Positions 36,091 through 45,800 of a stretch of DNA of 64,000 nt are shown here, piece by piece. The DNA is from a virus. The DNA lies in the IMG/VR virus record IMGVR_UViG_3300027896_000010, positions 129,438 to 193,437 of that record. One strand, given 5' to 3'. The notes beneath the pieces are model-generated. The model did not search any database, was not told the DNA's origin, and was given only the letters and a program-made list of their open reading frames with translations. The translations under genes and the position numbers were made by a program. Position 1 is the stretch's first letter, and the number at the start of each line of letters is the position of its first letter.

Positions 36091-36615
36091 TTATATCCAT
36101 CCCCTACGAATGGGAAGATTCGTCGGACTGCTACCAAGCCTATTGGTGCCATCCTGTTGACCAGCTACTGTTTTTCGGGCCACATCCTCAATAGCTCTGC
36201 CAGTAACACTACTTAAATAAGGCTGGCCTACCTCTTCTGTCCCATCGTCAGGGTCATCAATTGATAACTGGACATTCTCCGCAGTCTCTAGAATCGTCAT
36301 TATCTCTCTATCATTTATTGGGGTCGTCTTAAATGTTTGGAAATAGGCTTTCGAAACATATTCTTTTCGGAGCATGACATACATCATGCCATTGACAGTG
36401 TCTTTAATTGTGGTCACTTGGTCACGAACACTACCAATTGGCGGTAGCTCCTGATTCAGTCTAAATTTCAAAGCATCATCAAGTTTGTCGAAGATTGCCT
36501 GATTGATTTTTCTCCTGCCTACATCACTCAGGGCTATATTCAATGAATCATCCATAAAAGCCCTCCAGAAGCTCTGAGAGCCATCAGGAAGCGAGATAAC
36601 GGTGGAAGCATACAA
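36091..36615 (-). CDS. putative neck/tail completion protein
   Basis: Position in the neck cluster only. Confidence 0.5.
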   Translation of the reverse strand: MYASTVISLPDGSQSFWRAFMDDSLNIALSDVGRRKINQAIFDKLDDALKFRLNQELPPIGSVRDQVTTIKDTVNGMMYVMLRKEYVSKAYFQTFKTTPINDREIMTILETAENVQLSIDDPDDGTEEVGQPYLSSVTGRAIEDVARKTVAGQQDGTNRLGSSPTNLPIRRGWI

Positions 36616-36619
36616 TTCC

Positions 36620-37156
36620 CTATATCTTAAAAGGAATCTTCAATTCCACATCGGTTCTCGCATCAAGACGGACTAATTCAATCTCGTGAGCAATCTTCTC
36701 GGTATCCCAAATGACATAGTTTACCGACTCGATTTTATACCGCCACAACTCGTCTATAATCTCGTGTCTCTGTGAGTCAAAAAGTATCCAAGCCATCAGG
36801 TCTTCGTCTTGAAGCCTTGGCTCCATTGGCAAGGTCGCAGTAGGAGTCGAAATTATTAATTTACCCTTTTCAAATCTGACTATCTTCTCAGCCTCATCTG
36901 ATACCGAACCCCGAACAATTTCAATAGGATAGTAGCCATCCATGAAACCAGTGCCCCAGCAATACTTGCAATGAAGCTGTGGTTCTCTACGTTGCTCATT
37001 CCAACAATAGGAACATCGTCCGGGCTGAGGATTGTCGTCCTCTCGCATCCTCCTGCGAACCGCAATCCAGTCTGCCATATTCAGAGCGATATTATTCATA
37101 AGAGTGGCATGCTTAATCCACTTATGTCTAATATCATAATCAGTCGGCAATCTCAT
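36620..37156 (-). CDS. putative head closure (neck) protein with Zn-finger insert
   Basis: RCSYCW...HCKYCWGTGFMDGYY motif; synteny. Confidence 0.65.
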   Translation of the reverse strand: MRLPTDYDIRHKWIKHATLMNNIALNMADWIAVRRRMREDDNPQPGRCSYCWNEQRREPQLHCKYCWGTGFMDGYYPIEIVRGSVSDEAEKIVRFEKGKLIISTPTATLPMEPRLQDEDLMAWILFDSQRHEIIDELWRYKIESVNYVIWDTEKIAHEIELVRLDARTDVELKIPFKI

Positions 37157-37225
37157 TCCTTGTGCATCCTTCGCTACAATGGTTTACGCCATGAATATTA
37201 CGAACCTTCATCTTGCCCTCCTTCT

Positions 37226-37480
37226 TTAATCTCTCCCAAGAATCCTGTCATGGACTACTGCCGCAATAGCTTCATTACTTTCAGTATCCCATGCACCTGC
37301 GAATCCAAACTCCTTTTGAACTTGACGAAGTTGCACAAGAAAATCATTTATGCAATCATCAAGAGCCTTGCTTGCTTGCCCAGTTTCTGGTAAATCAAAC
37401 AAAGCGTATTCATCATTCCTGCCACCCAGAACTTCTTTTACTGCCTCTGTAACAATACGGGTGATATCTTTCTCGTTCAT
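37226..37480 (-). CDS. small protein with RIVTEAVKEVLGG motif
   Basis: 84-aa ORF; motif shared with two other ORFs. Confidence 0.7.
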   Translation of the reverse strand: MNEKDITRIVTEAVKEVLGGRNDEYALFDLPETGQASKALDDCINDFLVQLRQVQKEFGFAGAWDTESNEAIAAVVHDRILGRD

Positions 37481-37490
37481 GGGCTTCTTC

Positions 37491-38024
37491 TTATCTTGGC
37501 ATAAAGTCTACAGTCTTATAGGTCTTGAAAACATCTTTGATTCTATCTACCAAGGGCTTGCGTGGCGGGTTCAATACATAGCTCCTGAATCTCCACATGC
37601 ATTCGCTTTGCAATTTAGGGCCAGCCCTGATACCAAATTGTGGCTCAACTAAATAGTTATTAATCCACCAATTCATCATGCTTGGATTCGAATAATCCTT
37701 ATCCATCATGATGCAGGTATCCATGTAGTCATACCAGCAACTGCCATAGAACCACTCTGGCATTTTCACATCGCCCTGTAACATCATCTGGCGATATGCT
37801 TCATCAACCTTGTTCGTGTCCCAGACTATCTTCTGGAGAGCCTGATAGATATCCTGAGGTCTTATGCCTCTTCGGACTCCCTCTTGGAAGCACCGCAAAA
37901 ATGACCAGTTCTGTGTCCTGCACATCAGGCATAGCCACTTCTCTGTCGAACCCTCATTGAACGTAGTGCAGGTAGGGTCTCGAAGCGATGCGGCTACCTT
38001 TTCATGCTTTGCTGTGACTTCCAT
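37491..38024 (-). CDS. hypothetical protein
   Basis: 177-aa ORF in the neck cluster. Confidence 0.65.
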   Translation of the reverse strand: MEVTAKHEKVAASLRDPTCTTFNEGSTEKWLCLMCRTQNWSFLRCFQEGVRRGIRPQDIYQALQKIVWDTNKVDEAYRQMMLQGDVKMPEWFYGSCWYDYMDTCIMMDKDYSNPSMMNWWINNYLVEPQFGIRAGPKLQSECMWRFRSYVLNPPRKPLVDRIKDVFKTYKTVDFMPR

Positions 38025-38038
38025 GTTTGCCCTTATAG

Positions 38039-38368
38039 TTAACTTTTATAGTGCGCTAATCCTGTCCAACCACACTCTTCACACCGTATGTTATATACGC
38101 CTTCATAATATGAAACATCTTCAGCTAAATTGGTAGAACCACATTCTGGACACTCATATTTGTTAGACAAAAAATTCCCAATATCATCAGTTAACTCTTC
38201 AAACCCTTCTTCTCTTTGCCCAACAACTTCCCTGACGGCTTCAACGATAATACGAGTCAATTCCTTTTCGCTTAGCTTTCCTCCCCACACCTGAGTCGGT
38301 AGTTGATAGTAACGCCTGTTATGCTGAAATTCCTTTTTGCGCCTTTTGTCGTTTTTGTCGTCAGGCAT
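38039..38368 (-). CDS. small protein with RIIVEAVREVVG motif and Zn ribbon
   Basis: CPECGS...CEECGW. Confidence 0.7.
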   Translation of the reverse strand: MPDDKNDKRRKKEFQHNRRYYQLPTQVWGGKLSEKELTRIIVEAVREVVGQREEGFEELTDDIGNFLSNKYECPECGSTNLAEDVSYYEGVYNIRCEECGWTGLAHYKS

Positions 38369-38401
38369 TTTGACCCCCTATTATTCAATTCGATATCAAA
38401 C

Positions 38402-38884
38402 CTATGGATGCCAATATCCCGGTCTAGCAAGCACAGGACCGACCGGCGGCAAACCATAAGCATAGTTATCAATGGTCAACCGCATACCGGGCAGATAATA
38501 AGACCACTTGAACTTCTTCTTCTCAAGCTCATACTTCTCTGCCAGTTTATCGTATCGCTTCTCCCATCTGTCCATAAGTGTCTGGAGATTCGCATATGCG
38601 CCATGCATATTAATAAGCTCTGGAACCTCCACATATTTATCTATCATGTAAAAATAGAAAAGCTTCTTTATCCCCATCATCAATAGTGGTCGCCATTGAA
38701 CTGGATAACCATGAACCGAATAGCCAGTAATGGGCTGACAGAGATTGATATCTTCCCCAATTTCTAGAAGCATTGAAGACCATTCGTCTTTGGTGAACTC
38801 TGGTTCGTCGGCTTTTTCCATGAGCCTCATTGCTTCTTCAATGATATCTTTTTCGAAGACGGTCATCTCATCGTACATTATCAT
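38402..38884 (-). CDS. putative head-tail adaptor
   Basis: Helical 160-aa protein in the neck cluster; EDINLCQPITGY motif; by synteny. Confidence 0.55.
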   Translation of the reverse strand: MIMYDEMTVFEKDIIEEAMRLMEKADEPEFTKDEWSSMLLEIGEDINLCQPITGYSVHGYPVQWRPLLMMGIKKLFYFYMIDKYVEVPELINMHGAYANLQTLMDRWEKRYDKLAEKYELEKKKFKWSYYLPGMRLTIDNYAYGLPPVGPVLARPGYWHP

Positions 38885-40420
38885 CTAAGCAATCTCCCCT
38901 GATTCTATCTGCCTCTGGGATATGGCCTTCCTCGGGGCGGGTGGCTTTAGTTCCTCTGCTCGTTTAAGAATTGATGCTGTCCATGCGTCTTGAGTGGCCT
39001 TGTCTTTGGGCCAATCATCACCTTGGATATTCTCTACCCTGCCACCGTTTTTGCCCCAATGGACTTCAAACTTCACATCGGTTCCCTGCGTCTCACCATC
39101 TATAAAGGGTTCGCCTTTATCATTGTAATCCCATGAATTAGCAAACTTTAAAGTTGCATTCGCAGGAGCCGTTTCCTGTTGGGGAGCCTCTTGCTTTGGA
39201 GCTTCGACAGGAGCTTCTTGTTTCTGCTCTTCTTCCTTAGGCTGTAACTTGCTTTTGTCTGGTGCAGGTAGCTTGCCAACTGCATCGCCTATCATTTCAT
39301 ACCATGCTTCGAATTTCTTGCCATCTGTTGGTCTAGGCCCTTTCCAGTCCTCATATTCAAATTGACCGTTAGCCATTTGAGTGGCAGTAAACGTAACGGG
39401 CTTGTCTTTTTCCATGCCTATATACTCTACTTGGCAATCAATACTCGGCAGATTATTATCGCCAAGATACCAATCGCCAGTAAATGAAACCTTGACCGGG
39501 TTCATCTTGTTCTCAATCGTTACGGGAATCTGGTCAGGAGTCTGAGCAGGAGCAGGAGCGGGAGCGGGAGTACCCGCTGGTTGTCCAGTAGGAGCAGGTG
39601 CCGTAGTCGGTGCCGCCTGACCCGATGGAGGTGGAGGAGGTACTTGTGCTGGCGTTGGCACTGCTGGAATGGCAGTTGGGTCTTTATATGTGCCTTTCTG
39701 CTTCTGGTCTTTAATCGCTTCCTGACTAATATCGCCCATTATCATTCGCTCATAATTCTGCCTGAGTCTTGTCGGTTTGGGCTTAGGGTGCCATGTGATT
39801 GTGGGGTTAGACTGGTGGTACATCACCTCGCCAGTATTCTCGTCGTTATAATATTGCATCTTCTCTGAGAAGGTAAATGGATGTTTAGTAGTCTGCCCAG
39901 TATCATGATTCTTTGCTATGAAAACACCATTGCGCCAGTTTTGGGTTTTCTCCATATGCCAACCGGGGTTATCAACATTTGCCCAATCAATATTGGCACC
40001 TACATTGCCAATATCCCCGGGAACCTTACTCAACCCGAACATATCCATCTTGTCTTTCAGCCCGGGGATTGATTCGATAAATTTCTTTGGCACCAATGCA
40101 TTTGCCTTGGGGTTGTTGTAGAGATTCATTACAACCGTTGGCATGACATTGGTTATAAAACCACCCCAGATTGCGTTATTGATATCATCGCTTACTGGTT
40201 GATTCTGCCTGTCAAGGACATCCCATTTCGTCTGCGTATCATTGAACATATTAGTGCTATAGTTGAAATGGTAAAGCTCTTCATCGAGCATCGCCATCCC
40301 ATTGGTCAGGGCAAGTGTGCCATCGGGGTCGATATTATAATGTAAAGATGGAGAAAATTGTGCTTCAGGCTCTGCCGCAAGCCTCACAATTTCTTCATAC
40401 AAATAGTCATCGTTATTCAA
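38885..40420 (-). CDS. modular hypothetical protein with Pro/Ala/Gln linkers
   Basis: TTG start after GGAG RBS; two related C-terminal domains separated by PAP- and EQKQEAP-rich linkers. Confidence 0.7.
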   Translation of the reverse strand: MNNDDYLYEEIVRLAAEPEAQFSPSLHYNIDPDGTLALTNGMAMLDEELYHFNYSTNMFNDTQTKWDVLDRQNQPVSDDINNAIWGGFITNVMPTVVMNLYNNPKANALVPKKFIESIPGLKDKMDMFGLSKVPGDIGNVGANIDWANVDNPGWHMEKTQNWRNGVFIAKNHDTGQTTKHPFTFSEKMQYYNDENTGEVMYHQSNPTITWHPKPKPTRLRQNYERMIMGDISQEAIKDQKQKGTYKDPTAIPAVPTPAQVPPPPPSGQAAPTTAPAPTGQPAGTPAPAPAPAQTPDQIPVTIENKMNPVKVSFTGDWYLGDNNLPSIDCQVEYIGMEKDKPVTFTATQMANGQFEYEDWKGPRPTDGKKFEAWYEMIGDAVGKLPAPDKSKLQPKEEEQKQEAPVEAPKQEAPQQETAPANATLKFANSWDYNDKGEPFIDGETQGTDVKFEVHWGKNGGRVENIQGDDWPKDKATQDAWTASILKRAEELKPPAPRKAISQRQIESGEIA

Positions 40421-40443
40421 TGCTCTCCTGCCTCTATAAGAAA

Positions 40444-40474
40444 GAAAGCCCCAGCATTATTAACTGGGGCTTTC
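40444..40474 (-). terminator. intrinsic terminator
   Basis: GAAAGCCCCAG-9 nt-CTGGGGCTTTC then TTTCTT on the minus strand. Confidence 0.75.
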
Positions 40475-40500
40475 ATTTCATAACGTTACTTTGCCCCAGC

Positions 40501-41139
40501 TTACTTGGGCTGGCCCTTTTCTTGAACCTTCAGTTTCTCAACTGTATCTTCAAGGCTAGCCAAATCTACTGCATCAACAGTAGTGGCCTTTCCTTCCTGA
40601 TACATAATATGTTGAGGGTCAACCACAGGGCTATCCTTTGGAGGCCCCGCAACCCTTCGCTGTGGCTCAAGCCTAGTAACTTCCTGAGGCGATGTGTGAG
40701 TATGTTCCCTCTGATATTCATGCTTCACGCAAAAATATGGGCGTTTCACATTTGGGTCAGAAGTGTAAATCCGACACTGGTCGCCAGTCATCTCTTCGCC
40801 AGAGCAAAAAGTGATGCCCTCGTCTTGAGGGCGAGTCAGGTAAGCACCATAATCTTCGCCACCTTCTTCCTGCTCTTGCATATCAAGCTCAAAGGTATCT
40901 GCATCGATAATTTCGAGCTTCATCATGTCTATGCCGGGGATTGGCTGGTTCAACATCTTCTGCAGACCTGTTGAAGTCGCTATAATCTCTTCTGGCACCA
41001 CATGGACTGATTCGGGTGACCCCTTCGGGTTCCAAATCAAGTTCAGTTCAGATACGACGATAACGCCGTCTGAGTTGTTGCGAACGTGCCTTCCAGTAGT
41101 CGGCACTATCTTTTTCTTTGCCTTCGCCATTACCTTCAC
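40501..41139 (-). CDS. hypothetical protein downstream of major capsid gene
   Basis: HVRNNSDGVIV...WNPKGSPESVHVVP resembles, from memory, the gene following the capsid gene in Bxz1-like phages. Confidence 0.6.
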   Translation of the reverse strand: MKVMAKAKKKIVPTTGRHVRNNSDGVIVVSELNLIWNPKGSPESVHVVPEEIIATSTGLQKMLNQPIPGIDMMKLEIIDADTFELDMQEQEEGGEDYGAYLTRPQDEGITFCSGEEMTGDQCRIYTSDPNVKRPYFCVKHEYQREHTHTSPQEVTRLEPQRRVAGPPKDSPVVDPQHIMYQEGKATTVDAVDLASLEDTVEKLKVQEKGQPK

Positions 41140-41161
41140 CTCTCTGTTTATATTGGTTAGA

Positions 41162-41192
41162 GGGGGCGACTGCGAATTGCAAAATCGCCCCC
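41162..41192 (-). terminator. GC-rich stem-loop after major capsid gene
   Basis: GGGGGCGA-15 nt-TCGCCCCC; no clear T tract. Confidence 0.55.
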
Positions 41193-41223
41193 ATAAAACC
41201 GTTTCTTTGCTACTCCAATAAGC

Positions 41224-42243
41224 CTAAAGCTTATGGATTCGCACGATACCTCGCGGGTTCACTATCAACATCCCTATAAGCTCGTCCAAAACCCAACCGA
41301 CCTCAAGATAATCAGGCCGGGGATACTCGACGGCTTCTAGCGAATAACGGACAGGCATGTAGCCCAAGTACTCCGGTGCTGGAGTAACAAAAGCCGTACC
41401 TCTGGTCACAACGATGGACTTCGTAATTTGAAGCTCACCGTACCTGACTATCGGTACACCATAGACCACATCGTCCTTCATTTTCCAGCCGCCAGAATCA
41501 ATCGCCCATGTGAACAAGTCGTAATATTCGGCATTGTTCATCACGATACGGTCAGCCTGTAGTTCGTGGCTGGCTACGATGCTCATAGCAGTTGCAAAAG
41601 CCGCAGCGCCCCATGCTCCAGTATTTGAGACCACATGATTAGGGGTCACGGTATGAAGAGGATGAGTGCTGTAATCAGTTAGAGCAACATTGAGCAAAGC
41701 GAACAGACGAATGTCCTCCTTTTTCCTGATGTCATCTTCGGTGAAATCCTTCGCGTACTTGACAATATCCGCACGAAGTGCATAGATATCATCCTTACCT
41801 ACGACCGGGAACGAAGCGACATGGAAAAGCTCCACGTGAACGCGCTTACCCTCGAACCTGCGTACCATAACCTGCCCTTCGGACTGGTTAAGAATGTACG
41901 CTAGCCCAAGCGTATCAAGCACATCGTACTCTGGAGCCTCGCCCTTTCCAAGCGGGGTCTCGACCACGATGTTACGCACGAGGCCTTCATACTTAAGCTT
42001 GACCATGATGGGAGCCACCATAGCTTGGCCTATTTTCTGAAGGCTTTCTCGCGAGTCACGGTATGCATGAAGAATCTTGCTCAGAGCTTCCTTAGAGGGA
42101 GTTTCGGGAGTCCCACCAGTCGTCTTCGCTATCTTCTGCATCCGCTTCACGTACTCCATAGAAGCATGTGCCTCACGCTGAGGTATTTCGGGGAGTGTAT
42201 CAACTCCCGCTGTCTTTCTTTCTCTCGCCATTTGTATTTCCAC
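41224..42243 (-). CDS. major capsid protein (HK97 fold, Bxz1-like)
   Basis: KIGQAMVAPI...YEGLVRN...YDVLDTLGLAYIL...FEGKRV...VASFP...EDIRLFALL...GWVLDELIGMLIVNPRG recalled as Bxz1-type capsid motifs; synteny. Confidence 0.9.
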   Translation of the reverse strand: MEIQMARERKTAGVDTLPEIPQREAHASMEYVKRMQKIAKTTGGTPETPSKEALSKILHAYRDSRESLQKIGQAMVAPIMVKLKYEGLVRNIVVETPLGKGEAPEYDVLDTLGLAYILNQSEGQVMVRRFEGKRVHVELFHVASFPVVGKDDIYALRADIVKYAKDFTEDDIRKKEDIRLFALLNVALTDYSTHPLHTVTPNHVVSNTGAWGAAAFATAMSIVASHELQADRIVMNNAEYYDLFTWAIDSGGWKMKDDVVYGVPIVRYGELQITKSIVVTRGTAFVTPAPEYLGYMPVRYSLEAVEYPRPDYLEVGWVLDELIGMLIVNPRGIVRIHKL

Positions 42244-42286
42244 CTCCCTTTTAGTAAGATTTTTTGTCGAACATTAGCCCTCCACC

Positions 42287-42802
42287 CTAGGCGGGAGGAA
42301 GCAGTTCAACGGTGATAACGTGACCATCAACCGAAAGTAGCAGAGCTACCGTAGGCTGGTCATCTGCGGTTACGTCTCCCCTCGGAATAAGCTTACCTTT
42401 GTTGCCATCGCTGGTATTACCAACGATAAGCTCGGTATATCCCGAAGAAGACACCGCGTAGGTCGAACCTGAATCAAGGGCATCGCCCATGATTTGATAA
42501 GTCCCCCTATCCTTCCAGATGGCGACAGGGTTAATTCCCGCATTGCTTTCATCTACACTCGCAGTGACGAAATGGTCACACAGGCCGTAGAAGTGGCCCC
42601 CAATAGCGTCAGCCCCAGTCACATCGCCATCAGCCAAATCAAACGTAAAGTCATCAACTAGCTGAAGCACCATGCCCGGGTAGATAGCACCATCAGTAGC
42701 AATACTGTAACCAGTCTTAAGATAGGCTGGCCCGAACGCATCGCCATAATAGAGCGGAGCAAGAGTTCTTATCTCTGTCGGTTTCTTTGTCCACCAAGTC
42801 AT
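42287..42802 (-). CDS. capsid decoration/minor capsid protein
   Basis: RTLAPLY...IYPGMVL...FYGL; immediately upstream of the capsid gene. Confidence 0.7.
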   Translation of the reverse strand: MTWWTKKPTEIRTLAPLYYGDAFGPAYLKTGYSIATDGAIYPGMVLQLVDDFTFDLADGDVTGADAIGGHFYGLCDHFVTASVDESNAGINPVAIWKDRGTYQIMGDALDSGSTYAVSSSGYTELIVGNTSDGNKGKLIPRGDVTADDQPTVALLLSVDGHVITVELLPPA

Positions 42803-42850
42803 ATCTATTCACCTCCTCTTAAAGGTTAATACCAACTCCTAATCCGTTAC

Positions 42851-45800
42851 CTATTGTGGTAGGTATTCGTCGCCCAAGAACATAAATTCAAGACTGTTCT
42901 CGGCATCTTCCATTGAATCATTATCGGAATCATCTACTATACTCGCTTCTATACGAGCTACCGTAGCCATGCCGCTGTTCGCCCTCCCGGGGATTGCTAT
43001 CCTATCTGGACGCCTACGAGATGTCTTCTCGCTACGTTCGGCTTCTTCACTACGGTCTCTCTCTTGAGCCTCGACTACGCTCCTGAAAGCCTCGGTCTTG
43101 CTCTGGATTTCAGCCATGCTGTGAGCATCGACGATTTCCTGAACAGCTTCCCCGACTTCCATGTCAGACCCAGCCCCAGCCCTATCCATCAGGCCGACAA
43201 GACTGATAGCCGCCATGACCTTTTCTTTTTCACTTGCCTCTTTATCCTTCTTGCTCTTCTCGGGAACTTCGATAGGCTCTTCTGCTATATCTCCACCAAA
43301 CCCCTCGTCCTCATTCATGAACATAGGCTCACCAGCGGGGCCAGTCTCTACGTCGAAGTCAAAGTCCTTGTCTTCGAGTTCGCCCTCGCCTTCGCCCTCT
43401 TCGCCTTCTATAACCTCTTCTACCATCTCTTCAAGATGCTCATCGAGATACTTGTCAACAGCCTTCTCGATGTCAGTCTCTTTCTTGTCTTTCTTGTCTT
43501 CCTTCTTCTCTTCTTTGTCTTCTTTCTTATCTTCTTTGTCTTCTGCCTTATCTACCTTATCTTCTGCCTTGTCTGCCTTATCTTCTGCCTTGTCAAACAG
43601 GTCTTCTGCCTTATCCAGTTTTTCTATGTCCTCATCAGCAAGCTCTTTCTTTAGCTCAGCCATAACAGCGGCCTTGACTTTCTGCCACTTCTTATCTGGA
43701 GTGGTCAATGGGTCTGTGCTGTTCGTCTGGACGATAGGATTAACCTTCAAGGTTTCCTTGGGCTGTGACTTCGGAGCTTGGTCTCTGGTCTTCAGAAACT
43801 CTTCGGCAAGCGCCTTGTGAAGCTCTCGCTCCAATTTTGCCTCAAGAGCCTTCTGCTTTTCCCCAGTCACCTTCTGCCACTTGTCAAGAGGAGAAGTGCT
43901 AGTCGTAGTAGGAATAGGGTTCTCCTTCTGGGTCTCATAGGGCGGCTTGCCCTTATCGGCTGGCTCTTTGGTAAGAAGCTCTTCTGCTTCCCTGCGAGTC
44001 GGCTCACGACCATGCTCCTTCGCCCACTTGGTATAAGACCACTCTTTCTTCCGACGAGCATACTCTGCCTCACGAGCAGTCTCAGCCGGACCCTGCTCAG
44101 AGTTAATCCTAGTAGTCTCACTATCATGGTGGTCTACATAAGAATCACCCTTACGCCTCAACCTCGCCTCTTTACGAGACTGTTGCTGAAGCTTTTGGTC
44201 AACCTTCTGCCTTATAGCCTTTACAATGTCATCTGACTTTTTCTCAACCATTTGATTTACCCCCTGTTGTCCACCAGCAGGACTAGTAACCGTAGGTGCA
44301 TATGAAGGCGCTTGTGCATAAGCCCTACGGTTCGTTGTTACTGGCTTCCTTTCAGCAGGGCCAGTAGCATCATTAATTTTCTTGACTTCATCGGCATATA
44401 CTTTACCGTGCCACGCACGGTTATTTCCTATCACATAAAGAGCATGGAATTCGCCCAGCTTCTGTTCACCATCTTCTACAATCTGTTTGGTGCCACTATC
44501 AATCCTTACAACCCTTGCTTTCTTGCCAGTAATCTCTTCCCCATTCATTGATTTTACGGATGGGTTTTCGCTGACAACCTCAACCCAATCACCAGCTTTA
44601 ATGACATTTTCATTAATGTCTTTGGCGACTAGACGCTTACGAGAAGTCCTGCGAGAAGCAGTCGCTTCAAATTTTTCAAGGTCGTTTTTCATTCTATCCA
44701 TCTCCTTCTGTGAGTTAAAAATTCTACTTCCAATTTCTTGCATACTTGCAACCCATCCGCTATAGATGGATTTGATAGAATCCCAAAGACCTGCATCGAT
44801 TTTCAGGCTGGCTTTGAGAGATTTCTCCAGTTCTTCTTCCGTAAAAGTAGGCATGGTCACAGGTTCTGTAGCCTCAAAAGCCTCTTCCTCTCCCTCTTCT
44901 GGAACGACTCCCGTCTGGAACAGCCCCTCTATGAACTCAATCACTTCTGGCAACATCTTGAGTAACTGAGTAGGTCTGCCAGTAGTCTCCAAAAACCTCT
45001 TAAAAATCATCTGTTTCTTGGGGTTACCCTTGACGATTTCATGCATCACAGCAAGAATGCCTTCCCAGCCCTTTTCAGCCGCATCGGCGGCATCCTCAGC
45101 GCCAGCCAAAAGTGAATCGGCATATTTATCTGCGAAATAACTCTGGAAATCTGAGAGACCAATTCTAGGATTCTCTAGAATCCCCCACATTTGAGTTGAA
45201 ACTGTTACCCCGTCAATACTAAGCATCTGCCCATTATCAATTACGTCAGCAACCTCTTCCAGATTAAGTACCTTATCAATCTCGGCATTGATTACGCCTT
45301 GGAATTTGCTAATTATCTTTGACAAAGCATTGAGCAATGCCCTGCTATTGCGAAACATCGGAAGCGCTCTAGCCAGCCAAGGATATTGAGCAACCATCTC
45401 TTTTCTATCTATATGAACTTCAGAGCCTTCTCCCTTTGGTTTCTTTCGAGGTTCCCCTAGCTCTGGAAACTCAACAGGATGTTTTGCCTCGAACTCATCC
45501 TTGAGTCTTTTCTTCTCTTTCTGTAGCTGGGCTGGAGACAATTCTGTATCAACTGCTAGCTTGGACAAAGCAATTCGCAATTGCATTCTATCCGCAATGT
45601 ACCCATTTACATCAAACTCGCTTGCCATCAACTCCCTCCTGTGCTCCGAACGCTTTGCTGTTTTGCTTTGCATCATCCCACCACATTCGGGGCATGGAGT
45701 CTCATTCGCTGGTTGCCCTTCTATGTGCGGCTCTGTGTGACCACAACTTGTGCATACATCAATCGCTTGTGTTTCCTGACCAATTGCACTCTTCCTTCCC

